Shown: one piece after another, positions 1 through 11,974 of the stretch
Numbering within the stretch: the stretch's first letter is position 1
Layout of the letters: the number at the start of each line of letters is the position of its first letter
Origin: Mobula hypostoma
Lineage: Eukaryota
Length of the DNA stretch: 64,000 bases
Assembly: GCF_963921235.1 (NCBI RefSeq)
Contig: NC_086097.1
Location: 103,914,001-103,978,000 of the forward strand
Reading direction: 5' to 3'
Made by a program: the position numbers and the translations under genes
Notes under the pieces: generated by a model
Databases searched by the model: none
Told to the model about the DNA's origin: nothing
What the model saw: the letters and a program-made list of their open reading frames with translations, nothing else

Positions 1-210
1 GTATTTGAGTAATATTGTAAATATAGTTTGAGCATTCTTTGTTTCAATAATTCATTATGGGTTAAATGCATAAAAACATGAACAGCATATGTCATCACAC
101 TACCATGTGACATGTACGGGCCCTACTTAAAGTAAACTCGAAGTTAGACCTGCATTCCCGGACTCCTGTATATTCCTTTGGATTAGTCTACTGTGAAACT
201 TAATAGAACA
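1..210 (+). mobile_element. Probable 3' part of a solo LTR cut by the window edge
   Basis: AT-rich LTR-like sequence with an agtaaa poly(A)-like signal, ending near 'aca'; resemblance only. Confidence 0.3.
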
Positions 211-1329
211 CAGCCAAAGTTACAATCTAAATGTGTCCTCCAATCTACCCATAATTACTCTGTTTTGTCCTACATAGCTTGGGAACTTCTGAAAAACAAA
301 GCAGTTTTCTTTCTGCCAATGAATAATGAAGGAATTGTGCTGAAACATGCAGTGGTCAGTTTCAGGCTAGTGCAGACAGCTCACTCTAGAGTTCTTTGTG
401 TTTGTTTAATTGTGCCTTTAATTGGAAAGGCGTCAAATTTTCTGGGGTGGGAATGAAGACCCAGCAAGTCAGGCAGCATCTTTGGAAAGTTGGCAGTGGC
501 TGGCCCACTCTGGGCTGAGATAAAGTTCCAATCCCACTCAGACATTGGCACAAGATGGGGGTTGCATTCTCTCTGCAGGACTGAAGGATTGCTGCACTGT
601 ATTCTCTGAGATGTTACATAGGGATCTCAGAGGGATTGAGAAAGATAATAAATCAGCCATTATTGATTGGTGTAGCAGACTCACTGGGCCAAATGACCTA
701 ATTCTGCTCTTATAATTTATGGTCATTGTCCTATGAGTCTTTCTGAGGCCTGTATAGATATCCTCCCAACATCTCTGCTAGTATGCTTCACCCAACCAAC
801 ACCTCCAAATCTGCTGCCGATTGCACTGAAGACAATGGGAGCTTGTTGTGTGAGAATGAGTGAAATGGCAGGACCCCTACATAACTGCAGTGAATTTAGA
901 TATTTGGGATGTCCTGAGATCCTCAAAGGATGAACTGCTTCATGGGGAACACTGTGTCCCAACATGGGGCAAAAATAATTTGTGTTCTTTACAAAGAGCT
1001 TTAAGCTTCTGTTAGTGAGGTATGAGGTATGTGCATTAGTAGGTATCTCTAAAAAAGGGGAGGTAGAAGATTATGATCAAGAACACTCACTGAGGCTCCC
1101 AGAAAGTGACAGACCCCTTCCTCCTTCCCAGCATTCAGTCCCACTGAGATATATCAACACATCATCTCTGACTTGTGGCCAAAGGTGAGTTTCGAACCCG
1201 GAAATGAAATCACAAAATGCTGCAAGTATTCTGACCCAATATGTTAACTTTGTTTCTCACTCTACTTCGTCATGGGTTAATGTTGATAGATGAAGTGTAA
1301 AGACCATAAGGTATGGGAGCAAGTAAGAG

Positions 1330-1555
1330 AAATGTGAGGGGGATGAGGGGGTAAGAGGGTGGAACGAGCAGTCAGCGCAAGTGGTGGATGTGGAGTTGAT
1401 TTCAACATTTAAGAGAAATTTGGATTGGTACACGGATGGGAGGGGTATGGAAAACTATGGTTCGGATGCAGGTTGATGGGGCTAGGCAGAATAATGGTTT
1501 GGCATGGACTAGATGGGCCAAAGGGCCTGTTTCTGTGCTGTACTGTTCTATGAGT
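1330..1555 (+). mobile_element. CR1 LINE 3' end fragment
   Basis: CR1 tail ggactagatgggccaaagggcctgtttctgtgctgtactgttctatg, also seen on other CR1 copies in the window. Confidence 0.75.
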
Positions 1556-4275
1556 CTGTTCATTTTCACAGATAAAACAGAATGAGGCATTTTATATTTA
1601 ATGAAACCCGCAACACGGAACTCCAAAAGTTGCACACAGAAGCACGCTAAAGAGTTTTACGTAATAACGTCATCATGTCGAACCAGTTTCTTAAAGTGAA
1701 CCTCCAACTCAGTGTCAGTGATTGTGCATAATGTACATTTCACCCAATTACGTCACCCTACACAGCACCCTCCCCCCCCCCAGTAATTCACTAGAACTGA
1801 CATTGTGAGCCTGCCTGGAGTTCAGATGAGCTACCCATGGGTCCTATGTTCCATGGGTGGAGGAACAGCAGGTACCTCTGGCTTGTCTGGAGGTGTGTCA
1901 CATGCACATGGGCAGGTTGTGATGTCAGGGGCATGGTCACGGAATTCTCCAAATCTTGGTGGGCTGGTTTAAGGCGATCTTCTGGAATACGTTCAGGTTT
2001 ACCCTTCTTATCTATCTTATCTTATCTTTTCTCCTCATTCCAAAACACAGAACGACCATCATAAAGGGGCCTAAGGGGGTGTTGGTGTGCGTCATGATGG
2101 ATGAAAACAAACAAGACGGAATGTAGGTCAACAGGAACCCAAGGAGGCTGTACGCCACGATGGGAGGTAGGAATAGGTGAAAAGGAATTGAATTTACTGA
2201 GGAGGGTGGAACGCTGTCGAGAGGCCGACCAGGAATGAAATCACTTGACACTTGTAACAGCTGCCCATATACCAGTTCTGCCACGGACATGTGCAGGTCC
2301 TCTTTTGGAGCAGTCCTGAGCCCCAGCAGGACTTGCCATTGGACCATGGATGATATGCCGTGGTGTGATATAGCCAGGTTTTTGGGCCCAGAGGTCTGAA
2401 ATATCATATGGAGTGCCAAACCGAGCAACCCAGGTGTTGACAAACACCCAGCCATGTCTGTGTCCGTAGCTACCTGGTGGTACAGTCCACCATGGTGAGA
2501 AGGTACGTGAAACTGTGGGGAGGAGAGGGGGGAAAGAGGACCAACGAGGTCCACACTGACACAGTCAAAACATCGCTCAGGAACCTCAAAAAGGTGCCAA
2601 TGGCGCCTGAACGTGACGGTTCATTTTTGCCCACTGGCAAGCTATATGAGCTGCAGTCCAATCATGCACATCCTTTCTGTGACTGTGCCAAACAGATTTT
2701 AATGCAGCCAATTTCTGTAAGGCCTTCTGGCCTGGATGTGAGAGGCCATGAATGGAGTAGAAAGCAGTCTGTCTCCATTTTGTGGACACAATGTGGTGAG
2801 GGCGACCGGTTTGGACATTGCACGGGAGAGAAACCGCAGCTTCCCCGAACTTGATGTCAGCCAACTGACTGCTGTTCAGTAAGCTTGGACCTCTGGGTCA
2901 GTAGCTTGGTCGGCTGCCATGCCGGGATCGTCATCCTCTAGCTGTACGGCCTCAGTGGCTGGCCGTGAGAGGCAATCAGCCGCAGCATTATTGTTTCCCG
3001 TGATATGTTGTACATCAGTTGTGAACTCTGGTACATAGGCCAGGAGGTGTTGCTGCCGTGAAGACTGACAGTCTGATGTTTTGGCCACATGTGTACGAGG
3101 GGTATGTGGTCAATGACTGCTCTGGAATGGTGACCCTCTGGAAGATAATGAAACTGGCGGACAGGCAGCTACAGATTGAGAAGCTCACAGTCAAACGTGC
3201 TGTACTTCATTTTCGGGGGGATGGAGCTGCCGGCTGAAGAAGGCGAGCGGCTGCCTCACGTCTCCAAACAACTGTTCATGCACAGCACCCACGGCACAGT
3301 CTGAGACATCAATAGTAATGGTGTGTTGGGGAGTGGGAGCGGCCATAGGGTCTCATTGGAAACAGCTCGTTTGGTGTCACCAAATGCCCTGGTCACGTCC
3401 ACTGACCAGTCAAGCACGTGATTGGGGGTATTACCTTTAAGCGCACTCTACAGGGGGAGCATAAGTTCAGCATCTTGCAGAATGAAGCGGTGATAGATAT
3501 CCACCGTGCCTAAAAACTCCTGTCATTTTTTAGTAGTGCAGGGTGGTGGGAAATTTATAATAATGTCTACCTTTGAAAGGTGTTTCACACCTTCTGCGGA
3601 GATGTGATGGCTGAGAAAATCAATGGTTGCAACCCAGACTGGAATTTAGCAGGGTTAATAATCAACCCGTGCTGGCTTAAGGACTGGAAAGGTACGGAGA
3701 TGAGATACGTGTTCAGATTTGGATGCACTGGGGCAAGTATGTCATGTGGGTAAACAAAAAGAACTTCTAAGTCTTGGAGTCCATCAGCCATTGGAAAGTC
3801 TGTGCTGCATTTTTCAGTCCAAATGGCACGCACAGAAACTGAACAAGGCCAAACGGGGTTATCATAGTTGTTTTGGGAATGTCCTCCAAGCACACCGGCA
3901 CCTGAGGGTAACCCCTAACTAGATCGACTTTGGAAAAAATTAACTTTCTGATTAAACATGGAGTAAAGTCTTAGATGTGTGGGACTGGGTGACAATCGGG
4001 GGTGGTGGACTCGTTAAAGCATCGGTGATCACCACGTGCCCTGCAACCACCATTGGACTTGGGGACCGTGCAGAGGGGTGAACCCCAGGGGCTATTCGAC
4101 CGGTGTACAATGCGAAGTCTCTCCATGTTGACAAACTCAGCCTTCGTGGTTGTCAGCTTTTCTGGGTCCAGTCTATGCGCACAGCAAGGACTGGTGAGCC
4201 AGTTGTGGAAATGTGGTGCTCGACCCCATTTTTATGTCTGTAGTGGAAAATGTGGGCTTGGTGAGCTTTGGGAAT

Positions 4276-4503
4276 TGTAAACCATATATATATGTTGTAA
4301 CTGGGTTACCTGTCTGGACACGCCGCTCTGCTGACTGCTCCTGTGGCTCCTCCCACAGACCCCTGAATAAAGGTGATTTCGCCATTGCTCCTCCCCCTCA
4401 GTCCAGGGGCAGACACTCAGTATGAAGGTCACGTTTTACTGCGAATAAAAGCCTTTCAGTATTTACCCTACTTCAGTCTTTTGGAGTAATTGAAGGTGCT
4501 TCA
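4276..4503 (+). repeat. 5' LTR of Mag-like Gypsy
   Basis: Direct repeat of 8451-8680; ends in CA; AATAAA at 4444-4449; first few bases missing. Confidence 0.95.
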
Positions 4504-4528
4504 ATTTTATTCACAGTAATTTTAAAGG

Positions 4529-7500
4529 ATGGAACGTACCTTGAGACCCAACAAGTTAGACTTCGACCCGTAAACACCTGAAGCTGGAAACACTTTCGAA
4601 CTCTGGCTGGCTTGCTTCGAATCATACCTAGAGGAGATTAAAGTGACCAACCCCGCAGCGAAGCACAGAGTTCTCCTCTCCAGGGTCAGTCCACGGGTCT
4701 ACTTGATGATCAGAGACCAACCGAGCTACGACGGCACGATGAGCACACTCAAAGGACAATACCTGCGGCCAGTAACACCGTCTATGCGCGGCACCGATTA
4801 GCGACACGGCATCAGCAGCCTGGGGAATCAAGTGCTGAGTTTGTCCGGGCACTACAGACACTCGTGCCGACCTGCAGCTGCCAAGAACTGACGGCAGGAC
4901 AGCATGCGGAGCTCCTAGTGAGAAACGCCTTCGTCACGGGGACCAGGTCAGTGTATGTGCGCCAGCGGCTGTTGGAAAAAGCTGATGTTACCTCAAGTTC
5001 GGCGATCGAGCTGGCCGACATGCTGGAGGCCGCTCTGCACAACTCTGAGGATCTCCAGGCACGCGATCCCCCGATGGCCTCGTGGGTGCCGCAGACCCCG
5101 CAACCCGCCAGCAAATCGACCTCGGCTGCTGCCAGTCACGAGTCCGCAAAGTGTTACTTCTGCGGACTCGAGAAGCACCCCCGGAAATGCTGCCCGGCCC
5201 GAGAAGCTACCTGCTCCAGCTGTGGAAAGAGGGGCCACTTCACCAAGGTCTGAAAGTCCAAACCGCGAACAGGATCGAGCAGCGCTGCGTGTGAAACATG
5301 GGGGTCGCCATCTTGCCTGCCGCCATCACATGTGAGACATGGGGGTGGCCATCTTGGTTGGCGCCACCTCGCACCTCCTACAACCAATGGGTGCTCATGG
5401 GGTACTCCACCACGCCGGACCAAGACAGCGACTCAACCCTGGCCTCATGACCCTCGACCAAAGCGCTCCCCAGCAGCTCGCAAGGTCAATGATGGACATC
5501 CTGGTGGAGGGGCGCAGGACAAGCTGCCTGTATGACACAGGCAGCACGGACAGTTTTATCCATCCGGACATGGTGCAGCATTGCGGACTCGTGATACGGC
5601 CGGTAAGTCAGAGGGTCACCATGGCTTCCGGGTCGCATACAACAGACATCCAGGGGGGTTGTGTAGTGATGCTAGTGGTGCAGGGCACAGAATATCGGGA
5701 CTTTACGTTACTGGTCATGCCTCAACTGTGTGCCCCTGTGCTATTGGGGCTTGACTTCCAGAGCCACCTGAAAAGCGTGACAATGGAGTATGATGGGCCC
5801 CTTCCACCAATCATTATCGTAAATCCCCAGTTTTGTAAGGATACGTCACATACCCCGCTACTGACCACACACACACACCGACCCACACATCCCACCCAAC
5901 ACCATACCAACTGCCGCACTACCGACACCACTTGCGGCCTCTCCACCCTCAGGATCCCTCCCCCACCGCTGTTGGCCAACCTGACCCCCGACTGTAAACC
6001 CGTGGCAACTAAAAGCAGGAGGTACAGCGCGGGGGACAGAGCCTTCATTAAGTCGGAGGTGCAGCGGCTGCTTAGGGAAGGGGTCACTGTGGCAAGCACA
6101 AGTCCTTGGAGGGAGCAGATGGTCGTTGTTCGGAATGGGGAGAAAAATAGGATGGCCGTGGACTATAGCCAGACAATCAATAGGTTCACGCAGCTCAACG
6201 TGTACCCTCTACCCCGCATCGCGGATATGGTCAATCGGATAGCACAGTACAAGGTGTACTCGACCATAGACCTAAAATCCACTTACCATCAGCTCCCCAT
6301 CCACCGGGAGCACTGCCCTTACACCGCCTTCGAGGCGGACGGCAGGCTTTATCACTTCCTGCACGTCCCCTAATGGTGTATCTGTCTTCCACAGAGCAAT
6401 GGACCAGATGGTGGATCAGTGCCAACTGAAGGCCACGTTCCCATATCTGGATAACATCACCATCTGCGGTCATGACTGGCAGGATCACGACAACAACCTC
6501 CAAAATTTCTCCAAGCGGCCAAAGCTTTCAATCTCACCTATAACAAGGACAAGTGTGCATTCGGGACCACCCGACTTGCTATCCTTGGGTGTGTCGTGGA
6601 GAATGGAGTCATTGGCCCTGACCCCGATCGTATGCGCCCCCTGTTGGAACTCCCTCTTCCCAACATCCTCAGAGCCCTCAAAAGGTGCCTGGGCTTCTTT
6701 TCATATTACGCCCAATGGGTCTCTAACTATGCAGACAAGGCCCGCCCCCTAGTCAAGTCCACCACATGCCCCCTCTCAACCGAGGCCCGCGCGGCCTTCA
6801 GCTGCATTAAAGGGGACATTGCCAAAGCAGCAGTGCATGCAGTGGACGAGACCATTCCCTTCCAAGTAGAGAGTGACACCTCTGACTTAGCGCTGGCCGC
6901 TACCCTCAACCAGGCGGGAAGACTGGTGGCGTTCTTCTCCCGTACCCTTCAAGGCCCTGAAATTCGGCACTCCACGGTGGAGAAAGAGGCCCAGGCAACA
7001 GTGGAAGCTATGAGGCACTGGAGACACTATCTCGCCGGCAAAAAGTTCACCCTGCTGACTGACCAGCGCTCAGTCACATTCATGTTTAGTAACCAACAGC
7101 GGGGCAAAATCAAAAATGATAAAATTCTGAGGTGGAGAATCGAACTCTCCACCTACAACTATGACATCATGTACAGGCCTGGGAAGCTCAATGAGCCCTC
7201 CGATGCCCTATCCCGGGGAACGTGCGCCAGTGCGCAGATCGACCGGATATACGCCCTACATGTAGACCTTTGCCACCCGGGGGTCACCCGGCTATTCCAC
7301 TTCGTGAAAGCCCAGAACCTGCCTTATTCCCTTGAGGAGATCGGGACGATGACCAGGGACTGTCAAGTCTGCACAGAGTGCAAACCGCACTTCCACCGAC
7401 CCGAAAAGGCACAACTCATCAAGGCCTCCTGCCCCTTTGAGCGACTGAGTGTCGACTTTAAGGGCCCCCTTCCCTCCACCGACCGCAATGTGTACTTTCT

Positions 7501-8381
7501 TAACATTATTGATGAGTGCTCGCGGTTCCCCTTCGCTATCCCCTGCCCCGATACCACTACCACGCCAGTTATAAAAGCCCTGCACAAGCTCTTCACTCTG
7601 TTCGGATACCCATGCTATATCCACAGTGACAGAGGGTCCTCGTTTATGAGTGATGAGCTGCACCAATACCTACTGGCTAGGGGAATTGCAACTAGTAGGA
7701 CCACGAGCTATAATCCCTGGGGGAATAGACAGGTGGAGAAGGAGAATGGCACGGTGTGGAAAGCCACACTCTTAGCCCTCAGGTCAAAGGGACTGCCGGT
7801 CTCCCACTGGCAGGAGGTCCTTCTCGAGGCACTCCACTCCATCCGCTCCCTGTTATGCACGTCCACCAATGCCACCCCTCATGAGCGGCTCTTTTCTTTT
7901 CCCAGAACGTTGACCATTGGGACCACCCTACCAACTTGACTGACGTCCCCGGGGCCAGTGCTGCTCCGGAAACATGCGAGGAGCAATAAGTACTCCCCGA
8001 TGGTCGAGAGGATTCACTTACTTCATGCGAACCCCCAGTATGCCTACGTGGTTTTACCTGATGGGTGGGAGGACACGGTCTCCATCCGCGACCTGGCGCC
8101 CGCAGGAGCTCCGGGCCCCTGAACACTCCATGGTGACTATTAACCCCGTATCCACCGATATATATACCCACGAGACACCGTGCACTCCAAGCCCTACAGA
8201 GACACCACACGACTCTCCCATACTGGGCGCGACGCACACGCACAAGGGATTACCAACGCCTAACGTGCTGGCACCTCACGTCAGGCCGGAGCCAGCACAA
8301 CCATGGTCGCTGGTGCAATCACCGCCGGTGCTACGTAGATCACAGCGACGGACTCGACCGCCTGATAGACTTAACCTGTAA
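4529..8381 (+). pseudogene. gag-pol of Mag-like Gypsy, disrupted by stops and frameshifts
   Basis: ATG 4529 (MERTLRP...); twin zinc knuckle CYFCGLEKHPRKCCPAREATCSSCGKRGH; protease LYDTGS; RT (SPW, DLKSTYHQ, YLDN); RNase H (VESDTS, EKEA, LTDQ); integrase HHCC and DFKGP...HSDRGS; ends PPDRLNL*. Confidence 0.92.
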
Positions 8382-8450
8382 ATATACTTGTTGTAAATAT
8401 TGTCAGTCACTTCACCCTGCGGGACTCTTTTAAGGAAAAGGAGGGGTGAA

Positions 8451-8680
8451 TGTGGTAAACCATATATATATGTTGTAACTGGGTTACCTGTCTGGACACA
8501 CCCCTCTGCTGACTGCTCCTGTGGCTCCTCCCACAGACCCCTGAATAAAGGTGATTTCGCCATTGCTCCTCCTCTCAGTCCAGGGGCAGACACTCAGCAT
8601 GAAGGTCACGTTTTACTGCGAATAAAAGCCTTTCAGTATTTACCCTACTTCAGTCTTTTGGAGTAATTGAAGGTGCATCA
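8451..8680 (+). repeat. 3' LTR of Mag-like Gypsy
   Basis: TG...CA termini, immediately preceded by the polypurine tract. Confidence 0.95.
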
Positions 8681-9994
8681 CCCAGCAGTCGAGTAAACTC
8701 ACATGCAGTGGTGCATGTGCTTGACAGGGTCGTTGTGGGGAACTTACTGGGGGAGCCGGGTAACGACACAAAGTCCTTGACATCCACAAGCCGGCAGTTC
8801 TTCAGATCGAACAACAGTCCTTGGGCACACAGGAAATCTGCACCGAGCAGAGGTCTAGTCAGTTCAGCGAGGATGAAGTCCCATGTGTAACGTTACCTAC
8901 TGAAGCAGAGCGTCACCCATCGTGTCCTGTAAGTCTGGATCCTGCTGCTGTTGGAGGTCTCCAGCGAGGTTTCGTCGCTCTTTGTCTTCTCATCAATAGA
9001 CGATGCCGACAGCACAATCACTTCAGCACCCGTGTTACACAGGAAGCATCGTCCTGGAAGGGTGTCTGTAATGAACAGTAGACAACCCTGCCAGCTGGAA
9101 CCCACAGTGTTCACAGACCTCTGATGGCCTGATGCAGTAGCACTGTTCGTGTGTGGTTTTAAAAATAAAGCATTGTCTGTTTCACAGATGTGAGCGTCCT
9201 TATGTAGACCAGGCTTATTGAGGTAGAGAAAGGAGGAGGAATGATGCACCACTGCCTGGCTGAGTGCAGACCATCAGCCATCTTTGCAAGCTCCCTATAG
9301 TCCATCACGGGTGCATTAGTGAGGGCTATGCAAACTTGATCAGGCACTTGCTGCATGAAGAGTTCTTTAAAACTAAAACAAGGATGGTGATTTCCCGGAA
9401 GAGATGGCATGTAGTCCATTTGTTCCGAAGGCCCAGCATCACTGAGACTGGGTAGGGAGAGCAACTGTTTAGTGCGCTTAGACTTTGTTAGTCCAAAAGT
9501 TTGTAAAAGGTGAGCTTCCAGTGATCAGAGTTTATCGTGTTCAGGTGGGTGTTCTGAAAGAGTCACCACTCTTGCAGCCATGGAGTTGCTGAACAATGCT
9601 ACCACATAGAAATATTTGGTGCTGTCAGTGGTGATTTCTCACAGAGTAAACTGGGTCTCAGATTATACAAACCAAGCAAAGGCACTTTGCTCCCATAACT
9701 CAGACATTTTCAAAGCAGCTGCATTGGCTGACATGTTCAATAACCTTGGAATTGTCCTAGAGCAACTGGGTCACAATGTAGGTTTTCGCAAATAAAACAT
9801 CATCCCACCAAACCAGCCTTTTAAAATGAAACCCCAACCCAATGTTGGTGATTGTGAATTATGCACATTTCTTGCAATTACATTACCCCACAACTCTAGC
9901 TTAAGTTTAGAAACCTAGTATCTTAACAACTTCATAACTGATTGATGTGGGTGCTCCCAATATGTAAAAGAAACTGTATTAGTGCTGCTTCCTG

Positions 9995-11300
9995 CACGCA
10001 TGCTGAGCACGTCGACTTCATCAACCTTACCTCCAACTTACACCCTGCCCTCAAAATTACCTAGTCCATTTCCAACACCTCTCTGCCCTTTCTCGATCTG
10101 TCTGTCTCTATCTGTGGAGACAGTTTATCTACTGATGTCTCTTATAAAAACCCACTGACTCTCACAGCCACCTGGACTATACCTCTTCCCACCCTGTTAC
10201 TTGTAAAAATGCCATTCCCTTCTCTCAATTCCTCTGTCCCATCACATCTGCTCTCAGGATGAAGCTTTTCATTCCAGAACAAAGGAAATATCCTCATTCT
10301 TCAAAGAAAGGGGCTTCCCAACTTCCACCCTCAATGCTGTTCTCACCTGTATCTCTTCCATTTTGCCCATGTCTGCCTTCACCCCATCCTCCCGCCACCC
10401 CACCAAATATAGAGTACCACCCACCAGCCTCTGAGTCCAGCACATTCTGCAGGGATCACTCCCTGCGTGACTCACTTGTCCATTTGTCCCTCCCCATTGA
10501 TCTCCTTCCTGGCACTTATCCTTGCAAGTGGAACAAGTGCTACACCTGCCCCTACACCTCCTCCCTCATTACCATTCAGGGCCCCAAACATTCCTTCTAG
10601 GTAAGGTGGCACTTCACCTGTGAGTCTCTTGGGGTCATCTGCTGTGTCTGGAGATCTCTGGTGTGGAGACCCAATGCAGATTGGAAGACGGCTTCACTGG
10701 GCACCTACGTCAATCCACCAGAAAGAAATGGGATCTCTCAGTGGCCACCCATTTTAATTCCACTTCCTATTCCCATCCTGACATGTCAATCCATGGCCTC
10801 CTTTACTGTCACAAGGAGGCCACACTCAGGTTGGAGGAGCAACACCTCACATTCTGCCGGGGTAGCCTCCATGATGGTAGACCCCCCCTCTTCACCATTC
10901 CCCATTCCCTGTTTCCTCTCTCACCTTATCTCCTTACCTGCCCATCACCTCCTTCTGGTGCTCCTCTCCCTTTACTGTACTTTCTTCCATGGCCTCCTGT
11001 CATCTCCTATCAGATTATACCTTCTTCAGCCCTTTTTCACTAATCAACTTCCCAGCTCTTTATCTCACCCTTCCCCTCTCCCCGCTCCTGCCAGTTTCAC
11101 CTATCACCCTGTGGTTCTTCCTCTCCTACTCCCCTCCCTCACCTTTTCACTCTGACACTGAACTTTTTCTCCAGTCCTGTCGAAGGGTCATCAGCAGTAC
11201 TCTTTTCCATAGACGCCGCCTGACCAGCTGAGTTCCTCCAGCATTTTGTGTGTGTTGCTCGGATTTCCAGCATCTGCAGATTTTCTCTTGTTTGTGATTG
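9995..11300 (+). mobile_element. Penelope-like element, 5'-truncated and degenerate (RT C-terminus, GIY-YIG region, terminal repeat)
   Basis: PTDSHSHLDYTSSHP..KNAIPFSQ RT thumb; ETQCRL..VATHFNS..RLEEQHL GIY-YIG region; CT-rich UTR; terminal tagacgccgcctgaccagctgagttcctccagcattttgtg. Confidence 0.85.
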
Positions 11301-11394
11301 GACAAGTTGTCTGTTGAGGGAGGAAAAATTGTGAAAACCTTGGGCAATGGTACCGACTAATAGACAATTGGAAACCCTGGTCACGAGAAAATAC

Positions 11395-11897
11395 ACTTTG
11401 ATGTCTGCTGTTGTAGCCCATCCATCTCAAGGTTCGATGTGTTGTGCATTCAGAGATGCTCTCCTGCACATCACTGTTGTAAAATGTGGGTACTTGAGTT
11501 ACTGTCACCTTCCTGTCAGCTTGAACTATTTTGGCCATTAACCCGTGACCTCTCTCATGAACAAGGTATTTTTGCCCTCAGAACGGCCACTCACTGGATT
11601 TTTTTTTTCTCACACCATTCTCTGTAAACTCTAGTGACTGTCATGCGTGAAAATCCCAGGAGATCAGCAGTTTATGAGATAATCAAACCACCCCGTCTGG
11701 CTCCAACAATCATTCCACAGTCAAAGTCACATAGGATCACATCTCTTCCCAATTCTGATGTTTGGTCTGAACAACTGAACCTCTTGACCATGTCTGCATA
11801 CTTCTGTGCATTGAGTTGCTGCCACATGACTGGCTGATTAGATATTTGCATTTACAAGCTGGTGTACAGGTGTACCTAGGAAAGAGGACACTGACTG
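11395..11897 (-). mobile_element. Tc1/mariner transposon 5' fragment
   Basis: TA followed by TIR-like cagtcagtgtcctctttcctaggtacacctgtacacc on the minus strand; Tc1 HTH remnant QADRKVTVTQ...ISECTTHRTLRWMGY. Confidence 0.75.
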
Positions 11898-11974
11898 TAC
11901 ATTAAAAACAGTAAGAAACAAAGGCTACAATAACCAGGGACAATCTACAACAGAGATGAATAAACTAGTGACCT

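Larger units (their letters stand above)
4276..8680 (+). mobile_element. Gypsy LTR retrotransposon, Mag-like, near-complete provirus
   Basis: LTRs 4276-4503 and 8451-8680 differ at about 6 positions; PPT aaggaaaaggaggggtgaa 8432-8450; internal gag-PR-RT-RH-IN order. Confidence 0.95.
1557..9892 (-). mobile_element. Old degenerate Gypsy LTR retrotransposon (CsRn1-like), split by the element at 4276-8680
   Basis: Diverged LTRs ~1557-1762 and 9777-9892; PPT (poly-C on +) 1768-1781; PBS-like ttgtgacccag next to the 5' LTR, resembling tRNA-Trp PBS tggtgacccc; minus-strand remnants of gag (~9100-9735), protease (FLCNTGAEVIVL), RT, RNase H (NNAAADCLSR) and integrase (HGLSHPG, DLVGPL). Confidence 0.85.

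Noticed and set aside
210..1300. Host exons in non-repeat-looking DNA (also 31330-31700, 45700-46250, 50200-51040)
   Set aside because: No recognisable protein motif or convincing paired splice sites; small exons cannot be excluded without RNA-seq.
11165..11200. Functional hammerhead in the long Penelope copy (also ~54293-54325)
   Set aside because: The GAAA core is deleted or mutated and CUGAnGA is altered.
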